Assembly: GCF_004010195.1 (NCBI RefSeq)
Contig: NC_057711.1
Location: forward strand, 74,966,119-74,986,118
DNA length: 20,000 bases
Direction of reading: 5' to 3'
Source of the DNA: Chiloscyllium plagiosum
Lineage: Eukaryota
Within the stretch, counting starts at the first letter, position 1; each line of letters opens with the position of its first letter. Position numbers and translations under genes: made by a program. Under the pieces are notes generated by a model, which did no database searches, was not told the origin of the DNA, and was given only the letters and a program-made list of their open reading frames with translations. Positions 9,510 through 20,000 of the stretch are shown in pieces.

Positions 9510-11577
9510 GGGCTGAATTTTATCAGGAATTGGCTAAGTGTCAATTTTGACAAGTTTCATGGCAGGTTTCTTTCCCCGCGGCTGAGCAGGGCTATTTCTT
9601 CTATCTCTATTCTCCACAGCCCACCTCATTAGCCCTGCACCATGCTTTTACAGCATCATGACAACAATCTTCTGTATTGCCAGAGGTGAAAATACCCGCC
9701 ATTGATTCCCAGTGCCGGTGCCACTTTTAAGGTCCAGCCAATTTACCAAGTCAAGCATCACTGGTCAGGAGTTGCCAATTGTGGGATGGGAGCTAAGAAG
9801 TAATGCTTCGCAGGGCATAGAAGTGACATGGCTGGCACATTTGTAAATATGTTGTTGCTTGAGAAGCTTTACAGGTTTTCTGTTCTTAGCATCACCCCAT
9901 CTAAGAATTTTGTGTAAGGGAATGCTACTCTTTCCCCACTGTCTAGTGTAGCCTAACATTTCCACATCGTTTAATGTGGAATCATCATATCCTGGAAAGC
10001 ATTCAAACAGTTGCAAACATTCACTTTCTTCCAGCATCAGAAAAAAATGTAGAGAAAACAAACGGAAGTTACATTTGCTTCTGGGGACAAACAAGGACCA
10101 CTCGTCTTTTGACTATTTTACAGTAAATGAGTAATCTACATTAACTGGAAAAAGTGAGTGTCATTTAAACCCTGTCTGTACTTGTTTCACCCATTGCTCC
10201 AACACTCTGTCATACTGAAGATGTTTCTACTGCTCAATTTCCTCACCTTCATCTTTGGAAGACTGTCGCTTGTCTTAGCATCCATCACATCCTCTCTTAG
10301 CCTCTTGTTATTGCAAAGAGCACAATGTGAAAGGGTTATGTGGTCTATGCTATCCAAACTATATAGCAAGCAGCCTGTATTCCCTCCACCCCCTCCCCAG
10401 TGCACCAATCCAAGAATTGGAATGTCATCTTCAACAGACCTATCATCTCCTGTGTGATGACCTAGTCAAAGAAAGGGCTGCATTTTATTTATGCTCAGCC
10501 TCAGACTTGGGGGTGCAGGGTATTGTCATGGAGTTATCAGTCATTACTCCAGAAGGAAGCCCTTGTTGCTCAGTAACCATCCTGACAAAGTGCCCAGCCT
10601 TTGACTGTTTACCATATCTCTCCATACAATGGGTTATGGAGGACTATGACATAACAGGCCATGGAATGCCCATATATGGACCTTTGCTATGTGATCCTTA
10701 TTCCCACAAATACAGCACAAGCCATGTTGTGCAATTACAATTGGGTATTATAAATACTTCTCCCTGCAGCACTACATCACCCAAGAAAGGCAGTATTGCA
10801 TATTACAATGAAAAAATTTACGCATTACGGTTGAGAAAAAGTTAGCTCCTTGCCCTTGTGCAACCTCTGAAATCTTGGATTGTCTTCGTAAATTGTGGAT
10901 GCAGGTGCCACTTTTAAGATCACCTGTGTTTATGTTTCACAGAGATGACCATCTTCAACTGCTATCACCAATTACATTGTCAAGATTGCTTGTGAATGTG
11001 GTTTGTAACCTACACAGTTGGACACTCACATGGATTTCAAATGCAGGGTTGTGTGATCACATATGTGTTCAACCCATACTATGAGTATATCTGATTATTG
11101 CAATCACCCTTTAAAAGCCTCAGGTCACTAACAGGTTGGGTCCATGTGCTCAGATATAAAAGAAATACTTACTCTGCCCACTCCAGGTGTGGTCACTGCC
11201 ACTTTTCATTTCCAGTGCACATTTATGATTCACATGAGTATGGAAGGCACTGAGGTTATTCTTGACACAGTGAGTTGCAGGTTCGGATTTTGATTTGCAT
11301 GTCATTTATTGTTGCAGTCTAGTTTCTATCCAGTGGTTGAGCGACTAGGAAACTGCATATCAGTAAGGTGAGATTAGGTAAAAATCTCATGCTAATGAAT
11401 GCAGACGGCTCACTCGTTACTCGCTAGACAGATTTTCATCTTACTATTTAACATTTGATTAGAGAATCAAACCTTTGTTCTTAGTCATTGAGAATCCAGT
11501 TTCTGCCAGACTCAACCTATTGTGTTACTAGACTTGCCATCAACCACACCATTCAAGAGTTTGGGAAGACTCTGCCC
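9510..11577 (+). mobile_element. PIF/Harbinger DNA transposon, 2068 bp, defective
   Basis: Left TIR gggctgaattttatc (9510-9524). The reverse complement of the right TIR (11563-11577) is gggcagagtcttccc, 10/15 identical. ttt flanks both ends (9507-9509, 11578-11580). Removing the element rejoins the two SINE halves, and it holds a transposase relic. Confidence 0.8.
9985..10870 (+). pseudogene. Decayed Harbinger (HARBI1-like, DDE_Tnp_4) transposase
   Basis: Collinear motif relics: FLPASEK.CR (~10025), VILKMFLLLNF (~10209-10241; cf. VALKVT.ALNF), ERA+11 aa+VQG (10471-10521; cf. ERA.GF..IAGFP.VQG), WVMED (10630-10644; cf. WLLGD), HKYSTSH (10705-10725; cf. RYN.SH), QLGII (cf. IGLLK), PLCNL (10853-10867; cf. 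ALHNL). Catalytic motifs are damaged. Confidence 0.7.
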
Positions 11578-11580
11578 TTT

Positions 11581-11765
11581 GTGACAGATTAATGGAACAG
11601 TGGGGGACAAACTAAACTTTTCAATCAAAAGAGAGCACATCCGACCAGGAATCCCAATCAGAGTATTGCAATATCAACTTCAAGTTTTGTAGTCAGCTTT
11701 TGAAGTGGGAGTTGAACCTACAATCTAGCAATGCTAATGCCACTAATTGAGCCACAGATGACACC
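11581..11765 (-). mobile_element. Deu-SINE (SacSINE1-like), 5' half with tRNA-derived head
   Basis: The minus strand reads ggtgtcatctgtggctcaattagtggc (A box) and ggttcaactccc (B box). It is collinear with the half at 9298-9509. Confidence 0.75.
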
Positions 11766-11814
11766 TGATGAGCAGCCTACCTTCTATTTTTCTTTCGTGC
11801 CAAAGACGTAGATT

Positions 11815-11903
11815 TAGATAGAAATCACAGAAACAGCTCAACAGGCCAATTCTAATTTTTATGCTTCACATCAGTCTTCTTCCATTGTATTTCACCCTAC
11901 CCA
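11815..11903 (-). mobile_element. Very old CR1 3' tail remnant
   Basis: acagctcaacaggccaattc...ttatgcttcacatcagtcttct resembles reversed CR1 3' UTRs. Short and diverged. Confidence 0.35.
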
Positions 11904-12032
11904 ATGGCCTTGTGGTTTTGATATGGCTATGAATTTTCATGGGTGCCAGAAGCAAATTAACATTGAGAAAACTTGCTAACTTCTCTTCTGCTACTTGATT
12001 TGCCAATCATAGTATAAGTGTGTGCAGCGTTT

Positions 12033-13125
12033 CATAAGTACATAAGATATAGGAGCAGAATTAGGCTGTTCAGCCCATTGAGTCAGCTCTGCCATTCGGT
12101 CATGGCTGATATGCTTCTCACCCCCATTTTCCTGCCTTCTCTCCATATCCCTTCAATCCATTACCAATTAAAAATCTGTTGAACTCCTCCTTAAATTTAC
12201 TCACTGTCCCAGCATCCACCGTACTTTGGGGGAACAAATTCCACAGATTCACAACTCTTTGGGAGAAGTAGTTTCTTCTCAAGACTGTTTTAAATTTGCC
12301 CCCTTATCCTAACACTATGACCTCTCACCCTAGAATACCCCACAAGAGGAAGCATCCACTCCAAGTCTATTTTATCCACACCTTTTATTACCTTGAATTC
12401 CTCAATTTGATCTCCCCTAATTCTTCTAAATTCCAGAGAATATAGACCTAAACTGTTCAAATTTTCTTCATACAATAAACTCCTCATTTCGGGAATTAAT
12501 CCAGTGAACCTCATCTGAACTGCCTCCAATGCCATTACTTCTTTCCTCAAATAAGGGAACCAAAACTCTGCATAATATTTCAGGTGTGGTCTCACCAATG
12601 CCTTGTATGGTTACAACAATACTTTCTTACCTTTTATCTTCTATTCTGTTAGCTATAAAAGCCAACATTCCATTCATTTTCTTGATTATCTGCTCTACCT
12701 GCATGCTAGTTTTCTGTGACTCATGAACGAGTACACCTAGATCGGAGCACATCTGTCTCTCCCAATTATGAAAATAGGTCTCCTTCACATTTTTTCAACC
12801 CAAATGCATGACCTTGCACCTATTCACATTAAACTCCATCTGCCACATTTTGGCCCACTCTCCTAACCTATCTATATCTATTTGTAAGGTTCTTATTTCC
12901 TCATTGCAATTTACCGTCCTGCCTATTTTTGTGTCATCCACAACTTTGGCTATGTAGCCTTCCATCCTGCATCTAAGTTGTTAATGTAGATTGTAAATAG
13001 CTGGGGTCCAAGGATAAAACTCTGGGGCACCCCCATTAGTTGCAACTTGTCGTCCAGAAAAATAAAATTGTCCTGAATCTCTGTCTTCTGTCCATCAGCC
13101 AGTCATCTATCCAAGCTAATAAAAC
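12033..13125 (-). mobile_element. CR1 LINE 3' fragment (RT C-terminal half plus 3' UTR), older subfamily
   Basis: ORF 12290-12598 reads VRPHLKYYAEFWFPYLRK...VQMRFTGLIPEM...LGLYSLEFRRIRGD. GVPQ...LGPQLFTIYINNL lies near 12975-13035. The tail is cataagtacataagatatagg. Confidence 0.93.
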
Positions 13126-13399
13126 CCTGCACACAACATACAATGAAGTGAGCAAACTCGAATTGTGCAAACTGATAAACAGTACTTAACAACCCTTCAT
13201 TTTGTGATCAACACATTTGTGATCCAGAAAATATTTTTCTCAGAGTGAAGGGGCTTATTGCCTACTGGCTCTGAGAAGTTATGATAATCATTGTTGCTCA
13301 ACTGAGATACATATGTTTCACTTTCACTCTAGAAGGATTCAATGGAGAGTGATCAGAATAAAACATCCTATTGACTTTTCCTATTTCAAGTCCACAAAC

Positions 13400-13525
13400 A
13401 GAACCACAATCTTCACTGTAACCAGAGTTCAAACCAGCCATCTCACTATAAACTAAGGTGCCTGCTGGCCTGTATAATTCAGTACCACTCTTGGCAATGC
13501 AGTTACTAACAGAACAACCGCTGAC
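13400..13525 (-). mobile_element. Possible old tRNA-derived SINE head remnant
   Basis: tggcctgtataattcagtaccactcttggcaatgcagttactaacagaac resembles a reversed SINE head. Highly diverged. Confidence 0.3.
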
Positions 13526-13704
13526 ATGATTTCTGATTGAGCAAATGCAAGATAAATTTCCACGATTCTAAACTGTCTACAGAGAAAGCAACTTACAGTG
13601 TTTCATGTTTATTTAATTTGTGGAGGCAGGACTAAACCAACAACAAAATGTTAAAACCTGTCTAAATTAATTACCATGTGATGAGAAAGACTGGTACAGG
13701 GATA

Positions 13705-14320
13705 ACCAGAGTAAATCACTCAACCACTCCGGCCCACTCCATCATTCAGGTAGAGCATAACTGATCTGTAGCCCATCTCTACTTAGCTAAATGAGCTCTG
13801 TAGCCCTTGATATCCTTTCCCACCAAAAATTCACCTCTGTCTTAAAATGTCCTATGGTGCCAGCATCCACTGATTTTTGCAACAAAGCATTCCAGATTTC
13901 TCCTAGCCCTGTGTGATTGTGTGTTGCCTCACTTTCCTTCGAAATTGTTTAGCTCTAATTTTAAAATTCTTAATTTCCCCATCAGAAGAACAATTCCCTA
14001 TATTTGCCTCAGCAAATGCTTTTAACACTTAAAATACCTTGATCAACTCAACTGTCAATATTTTCTACTCAAAGGAATGCAGTCCGAATTTATGCAAAAT
14101 GAAACAACAACAATTGCTGGGAATGGATTCCAAAGAAAGGCCACTGGAACCAAAACATTCACTCTCATATCTCTTCACAGATGATGCCAGACCTGATGAG
14201 TTACTGCAACAACTTCTGATTTTATTTCTGATTTCCAACGTTTGCAATTCTTTGTTTTTTTTTGTGTGTTTTATGCAATGTGTCTTCGTAAACCCCAGTA
14301 GCATTTTGTGACTGCGCATA
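13705..14320 (-). mobile_element. Very old CR1 3' fragment, interrupted at 14098-14269
   Basis: Colinear with other reversed CR1 3' ends in the window (ccagcatccac, cattccagatt, aaataccttgatcaactca). Confidence 0.7.
14098..14269 (-). mobile_element. Penelope-like pLTR fragment with a short inverted piece and a 9-bp TSD
   Basis: Reverse-orientation relative of 3110-3245. Flanked by tttatgcaa at 14089-14097 and 14270-14278. Confidence 0.65.
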
Positions 14321-15234
14321 TCTTTGGCAGCATAACTCCAGTTATAAATCATCAAAAGGGACAGACATTGAATCTTTAATTTAATCATAATCAAGTAGTA
14401 AAACTGAATTATATTGAGCTATCACATAGAATTGAATTAACATGTGAATGAATCTATTTTATTAGCTCCAAACATGTTATATAATTGAACCCAAGCTTCT
14501 TAGCTTCTCCAAATAATACTTTATCTCATCATCATGACCATTTTATCTGTTATAATGCTAAGTCATATATCAGAATAGAAGTAGCCAAATTTATTTGCCA
14601 TCTCTTAAACACAAGGTTATGCAATCAGTAGTAACCAGGTCTACATGGTCTATGGATTCCCCTGGAGGATGGACATGTGCAATTAAATCTTGCATTTTTC
14701 AAGAATTTTGTTTGTTCTTAAATTGAAGTGATTATCTAAAGATGTGCTCTCTTTATTTTTGTGGCAATTAATAATACCATCTGCAACAGTACCTTCTGAA
14801 TACAATGGTTTATTAACCTGGTCTACTTCAGAAATGTTTAATTTTGAAGCAATTTTGCACCTTAAGGATGTCTTCCTCCAAGAAGTCTATGCTTGTGTTA
14901 TGTATAGTCTATTTCTAATGTAATTATTATACCTCCTTCCATTTCTCCACAATGTATTTATTAATTCATATTACTGTGAAGCTGTTTTAGATTTGTACAT
15001 TTAAATACTGCCTGTAATCTGCTGTGCTTTATGCTGAGATTCTCGCAAACCAAACTGGTAAATTTCCAATATTCTGTACAGAATTTATTTGTTAGCCTTT
15101 TAAACTCTGCATGCCTGTAATGGTGTATTAGATTGCTTCATTAAACCTTGTTGTAATGCTGGCTGTAATTCTGCAGTGATGTACTGTTTTGAAAATTCCG
15201 GCAAGGTCTACTACTGTTTCTGTATTGCTTGTAG

Positions 15235-15353
15235 GGTTTTCCCACAGGGGAAGGTTTGTTTAAGGTTAATCACCACGGCCAACCTTCCTATGTTTATAGG
15301 ACTTGTCAAATGATCAGCAATGGAGGATGGACCACAGATAAATCCAAACTGAG
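15235..15353 (+). CDS. Probable internal coding exon of an unidentified host gene (119 nt, phase 0 to phase 2): GFPTGEGLFKVNHHGQPSYVYRTCQMISNGGWTTDKSKL(R/S)
   Basis: Acceptor ctgtttctgtattgcttgtag|G and donor AG|gtaaca. Only one frame is open, and it is closed by TAG at the acceptor and by TAA just past the donor. The flanking DNA is repeat-poor. Confidence 0.62.
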
Positions 15354-15579
15354 GTAACACTTAGTTAATAAGATGGTTTATTGTATGATAACAATAATTA
15401 CAACTTACAGTACCAGAAAGGCATACTATTAAGAGTCTTAGGAATTGTGCAGAATATATCTACTCCCTAAAAAGGTGAAACTCCCCTTCTCCACTGTTTT
15501 GAGTGACATTGTAAGATTGCATGGAGCTAATGCATCTTCAGCATTAACTCAATCAGAACCACTTACTGATACAATTGTA

Positions 15580-15870
15580 GGGATGAGTGATTGGATTGGA
15601 GGAAGACGTAGTTAGTCGGGTTGAAAGGATTGGTAATTGGACTTGAGATGGGTGTTTGGGCTGGAGAATGAATCGTTGAATCGGGAGAGTAACTGCTTCA
15701 ACAGTAGTAGTGGGTAGGGTTTGGGTAAGTTATGTCAGGGAGAAAATGTTTGGATTAGGTGTGGATTGTTGGGTTGGAAGGGTGAGTACTTAGGTTGTGG
15801 GATGGATTGTCAGTTTGTGTGGATAGATAATTAAGCTGGGTGTGTCGTTGGGTCATGGAGATCGTTGTAT
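15580..15870. repeat. G/T-rich strand-asymmetric tract, the compositional mirror of 4520-5420
   Basis: Strong G>>C skew with recurring gggt/ttggg/ggatt motifs. Confidence 0.45.
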
Positions 15871-16034
15871 TGTTAATCATTAATTTGCACCAGGAATTAG
15901 ACAATCTAACAATTCTCAGGTAAGTCTCTGTGTAACTAATATACACATGGCCACAATCATCAGCAGAAGAACCAGACACATAGTATCCCATGCAGTCAAA
16001 ATCAGCAAGTTCACATCAGTGGGAGATTGTGGCT

Positions 16035-16934
16035 CTAAGAACAGAAGAATTAGGAGCAGGAGTGAACCATTCAGCCCCTCAAGCCAGTGCCACCACTCGA
16101 AAAGATCAGGCTGATCTGTCCCAAGCTTTCACTCTTTTTTGTGCTAGCTCAGCTCAGGTGTCAACTTTTCAATCAAATGATGTCTTTGTGAAACATTTTC
16201 ACTGATCGAGTCATGACAATTCTCTGAGATAGAGAACTCCCAACATTCCCTACCCTCTGGGTGAAGTAATTCCTTTGCACCTCAGCTTTAATTGAGTGAC
16301 CTCTTAAGCTGTAAATATCTCCCTTAGTTAAAGATCTTTCCACCAGTAGAAACATCTTCTCAACACCCACACTGTCAATTCTCTTTAAAATCTTGTATGT
16401 TTCAATAAGATCATCCCTTATTCTTCTGGACTATAATTAATTATGGCCCAATCCATTTTGTTGTTCTCTATACGTAAGCCCCTTCATCCCAGGAATCAGC
16501 CTAATGAATCACTTTTGAATGGCCTCCAATACCAGCACTTCTTTTTTAAAAGAACTAAAGCTGTATACTGTTCTTCAGCTGCAGCCTCAAGAACACCCTG
16601 TACAATTGTAACAAGACTTTCTTGTTTTCAAACTCCAAATGCATCACAATGAAGGCCAAATTTTTATTTACCTTCCTAATTACTTGCTGCATCTGCATGA
16701 CCACTTTTGTGACTCAAGCACAAGAACATCCAGTTCCCTCTGTGTAGCACATTTTTGAGTGCTTTTCCTTTTAAATTATAGCTTGCCTTTTGATTTATCC
16801 TAATCTTTCCTACATGAAACTCCATTTACTAATTGCGTGTGCCCACTCATTCACGTTCCCATGCAGATTTCGAATGTCCTCATCACAACAAGCCCTCCCA
16901 CCTATCTTTGTATCATGAGCAAATTTGGATACAT
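16035..16934 (-). mobile_element. Old CR1 LINE 3' part (RT C-terminus to tail)
   Basis: Tail taagaacagaagaattaggagcagg. ORF 16173-16370 reads VEKMFLLVERSLTKG...RNYFTQRV. It ends in a reversed SKFA.DT motif at ~16907-16930. Confidence 0.88.
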
Positions 16935-16939
16935 CTGTG

Positions 16940-17490
16940 GGCATGTCTCTTCTTTCTCAGGCGGCTCAGGAAATTTGGCATGTCCACAAGGTCCCTCACC
17001 AACCTTTACAGGTGCGCCATAGAAAGCATATTGTCCAGGTGCATAACAGCCTGATATGGCAACTGCTCTGCACAGGACTGTAAGAAACAACGGAAGGTGA
17101 TGTGCATAGCCCAGACCATCATGGAAGCCAATGTTCCATTCCTGGACTCCATTTATGTGGCTTGTTGCTGCGGAAAGGCTGCCAACATCATCAAAGACCT
17201 ATCGTACCCCAGTAATGATCTCCTACAAATTCTTCCATCAGACAGAAGATACAGAAATTTGAACAAATGTGCCAGCAGGTTCAAGAATAGCTTCATCCCT
17301 GTTGTTATTAAACTGCTGAATGGACATCTTTAACTTCAAGTAATGCTGATCGTGTTAATGTTGATGTTGCCTAGTGCAGGCTCTGTATGCCGTAACCTGT
17401 GTGCCTCTGTCCAAGTATCTGTATGACCTTGCTTATGTGATCTACCTGTATTGCTCATAAACAACACTTTTCACTGTACTTAGGTACATG
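16940..17490 (+). mobile_element. Rex1/Babar-type LINE 3' end (DUF1891-like C-terminus plus 3' UTR)
   Basis: LFFLRRLRKFGMSTRSLTNLYRCAIESILSRCITA*YGNCSAQD, then KAANIIKDLSYP...LPSDRRYR...RFKNSFIPVVIKLLNG. 3' UTR cttttcactgtacttaggtacatg. Confidence 0.9.
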
Positions 17491-18084
17491 TTTCTTTGTT
17501 CAGTCTAGCAATGAGTTGATTGACTTCAATTCAAAATGGTTGGATCAGGTATGCATTTATCAAATTGCCAATTATTTGCACTATTCTTTCATCCACTGTA
17601 TTCACTTCCTTTAAATTGTCATCCCAAACACCTTTCATTTTTCTTCCTCCTTTTAATCTGTCTTAAGGTAACATTCCCCTTGAATACGATTTCAATCTTA
17701 GCAATCTTTCTATTCCGGACTCCCTTTTCTATAGAATCCAATTTTGCTCTCTGAAATGTTCTGAGATGCATTTCTCTGTAAGAGGAAAGCTACAAAATTG
17801 TAAGTTATTTTCCATTGGCAAGATAACAATATAATAGTTATATACAGGGTAATGGTCTACCCCAACTGAAAAAAAAACAGATCCATTGACACCTCTGAGA
17901 TGTGAGATTGTCATGTAGTGTTCCATCCATTGAAGGACAACTCAAATGGTTACAAACCATGAAGTGGCAAAGGTTGTGTGCTAAGAAAGTCTAATCGGCT
18001 GTCAATTTTTAAAATCAAGTCCTAAAGAAGAAATATCACCAGGATTTAAATAATTTCAAGATCTTAAAATTTGGAAACGTATGC

Positions 18085-18177
18085 GACTAAAGGAGGCTAT
18101 TAAGTCTATTATATTTATGTTATTCTGTTGAAAGAGCTATCCACTTAGTTCCATTCATTGGTCTTTCATCAAAGTCA
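18085..18177 (-). mobile_element. Very old CR1 3' tail remnant
   Basis: aaggaggctattaagtct...ttgaaagagctatccacttagttccattc resembles a reversed CR1 3' UTR. Confidence 0.45.
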
Positions 18178-18623
18178 ATCTTGGTCATAATCCTTAGGTA
18201 ACTAGAACTTTGAGCAATGGTACACATGGTCGTCTAGAGTCCGGAGAACAATTATGATTCTAATCAACAAAGTATACCAAAACCGATGAGTGGAGATTCA
18301 AATCTCCAATCCACCTTCTTTTCAATCCGCTGGCTATCATTAACAGAAAGGTTTATCTGGTTTTGATCAGGTCATTAGGGGTAATTTTAAGAGGCTCCAC
18401 TAGCCGTAAGCATGGGATAGCAAATCAAAAATATTATGTTATAGTCCCATTTCCAATTTGCACCTTCACTGCCTCCAGCAAAGCTTTGCAATATGGTGTT
18501 ATAATGTAATGTTATGTTAGGACAGTACATTTTAGAAGGAAAAACTTACATTGCAATATTATAGGGTTTTTTCAAATGGTTGAGATAAAACCTGGTATAT
18601 AATAAATCAAAATATGACCCACT

Positions 18624-18952
18624 ATGTCCTTATCACATCATGCCTCCCACCTATCTTCATATCAGCAAATTTGGATACATTACACTCTGAACCTCCTCTA
18701 AGTCATTAATGTAGATGGTATATTTGCGGTCCTAGAACTGATCCTTGTGGCACTCCATTAGTTACGTTTTTCCAAGCTAAAAAAGATCCATTAGGCTGAC
18801 TGTCAGTCTTTTGTGTGTTAACCAATCCTATATCCATGCTTATATATTACACCTAATACCATGAACTGCTTTCTTGTGTAACAATCATTTTATATGGCAG
18901 CTTATTGAATGCCTTCTGGAAATTCACATACAATACAACTGACAATTCCTCT
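18624..18952 (-). mobile_element. Old CR1 RT core fragment, a collinear continuation of 16035-16934
   Basis: The minus strand gives VLYVNFQKAFNKLPY, GVPQGSVLGP (18728-18757) and SKFAD. Confidence 0.88.
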
Positions 18953-19161
18953 AGGAGAAAGTGAGGACTGCAGATGCTGGAGATCAGAGTTGAAAATGTG
19001 TTGCTGGAAAAGCGCAGCAGGTCAGGCAGCATCGAACGAGCAGGAGAATCGACGTTTCGGGCATGAGCCCTGAAGAAGGGCTCATGCCTGAAATGTCGAT
19101 TCTCCTGCTCCTTGGGTGCTGCCTGACCTGCTGCGCTTTTCCAGCAACACATTTTCAGAAA
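18953..19161. mobile_element. Palindromic Penelope-like element with a hammerhead-like core and TSD
   Basis: 80-bp arms at 18991-19070 and 19078-19157, 75/80 complementary. TSD tgacaattcctct (18940-18952) / tgacagttcctct (19162-19174). Confidence 0.85.
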
Positions 19162-19178
19162 TGACAGTTCCTCTTTAT

Positions 19179-20000
19179 CATAGAGTCATAGAGATGTACA
19201 ACATGGAAACAGATCCTTCGGTCCAACCCGTCCATGCAGACCAGATATCCCAACACAATCTAGTCCCACCTGTTAGCACCCGGCCCATACCCCTCCAAAC
19301 CCTTCCTATTCATATACCCATCCAAATGCCTCTTAAATCTTGCAATTGTACCAGCCTCCACCACATCCTCTGGCAGCTCATTCCATACACATACCCCCCT
19401 CTGTGTGAAAGGGTTGCCCCTTAGGTCCCTTTTATATCTTTCCTCTCTCACCCTAAACCTATGCTCTCCACTACCCCAGGGAAAAGATTTTGTCTATTTA
19501 GCCGTGGGGTGGCACGGTGGCTCGATGGTTGGCACTGCTGCCTCACGGTGCCAGGGACACGGTTCAATTCCTGCCTCGGGTGACTGTCTGTGTGGGTTTC
19601 CTCCCACAGTCCAAAGATGTGCAGGTTAGGGTGGATTGGCCGTGCTAAATTGCCCAGAGTGTTAGGCTCATCAATTAGGGGAATGGATCTGGGTGAGTTG
19701 CTCTTCAGAGAGTTGGTGTGGACTGGTTGGGCTGAAGGGCCTGATTCCACACTGTCGGGATTCTAATCTAATCCTGTCCATGCCCCTCATGATTTTATAA
19801 ACCTCTATGAGGTCACCCCTCAGCCTCTGACACTCCAGGGCAAAACAGCCCCAACCTATCCAGCCTCTCCCTCTAGCTCAAACCCTCCAACACCCCTGTA
19901 AATCTTTTCTGAACCCTTTCAAGTTTCACAACTTCCTTCCGATAGGAAGGAGACCAGAATTGCACGCAATATTCCAAAAGTGGCCTAACCAACGTCCTGT
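19179..20000 (-). mobile_element. Young CR1 LINE 3' end (same subfamily as 1808-2579), interrupted by a SINE and running off the window
   Basis: Tail catagagtcatagagatgtaca. The ORF peptide VWNELPEDVVEAGTIARFKRHLDGYMNRKGLEGYGPGA is nearly identical to that of the first copy. Confidence 0.95.
19506..19772 (+). mobile_element. HE1-like V-SINE nested in the CR1, with an internal deletion
   Basis: ggggtggcacggtggctcgatgg (A box), ggttcaattcc (B box), ccaaagatgtgcaggttagg...taaattgccc and a ctaatctaat tail. The CR1 text resumes on both sides. Confidence 0.92.

Noticed and set aside
10327..10845. 172-aa ORF as a domesticated functional transposase
   Set aside because: The catalytic IDCTH-type motif is replaced by IVMEL, internal segments are deleted, and the start is non-ATG.
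9717..10918. Exact 15-mer ggtgccacttttaag at 9717-9731 and 10904-10918
   Set aside because: It does not extend further. One such match is plausible by chance in 20 kb, and it does not bound a recognisable unit.
10327..11110. DIRS/Ngaro tyrosine recombinase reading (CPVQ-like, GHS and YEYI fragments)
   Set aside because: The matches need several frameshifts and the HSFR motif is absent. Ordered Harbinger motifs plus TIRs and TSD explain the region better.
15905..15925. ctaac...ttctcAG|GTAAGT as a recursive splice site or exon end
   Set aside because: The pyrimidine tract is short and the branch motif too close. It lies at a repeat-like flank, and the 26-nt exon option gives a stop after the phase-2 exon.
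18550..18591. 42-nt minus-strand exon candidate (FYLNHLKKPYNIA)
   Set aside because: Weak acceptor, opposite strand to the better exon, and no recognisable peptide.
1..20000. CRISPR array or prokaryote-type system
   Set aside because: No regularly spaced repeats and no operon-like gene density. The sequence is vertebrate repeat-rich DNA.

Overview
AT-rich vertebrate genomic DNA, most likely an intron of a large gene in a cartilaginous fish. The taxon is inferred from the repeats: HE1-like V-SINEs, a SacSINE1-like Deu-SINE, several CR1 subfamilies, Rex1/Babar and Penelope-like elements. No complete host gene is present. One well-delimited 119-nt + strand coding exon candidate lies at 15235-15353, and a weaker 6-nt microexon candidate at 6748-6753. 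Main observations: (i) the two genes of a PIF/Harbinger DNA transposon occur as decayed copies in separate elements, a spliced Myb/SANT-like gene (- strand, ~700-1678) and a 2.07-kb element with TIRs and a 3-bp TSD (9510-11577) that carries a DDE transposase relic and splits a Deu-SINE; (ii) three ~200-bp palindromic Penelope-like insertions carry minimal hammerhead-ribozyme-like cores, two of them with long TSD-like repeats; (iii) a ~60-bp duplication in a CR1 brackets a Rex/Babar 3' end plus 1.1 kb of other DNA, a possible 3' transduction. Family assignments come from motif recognition and remembered family features, not database searches.
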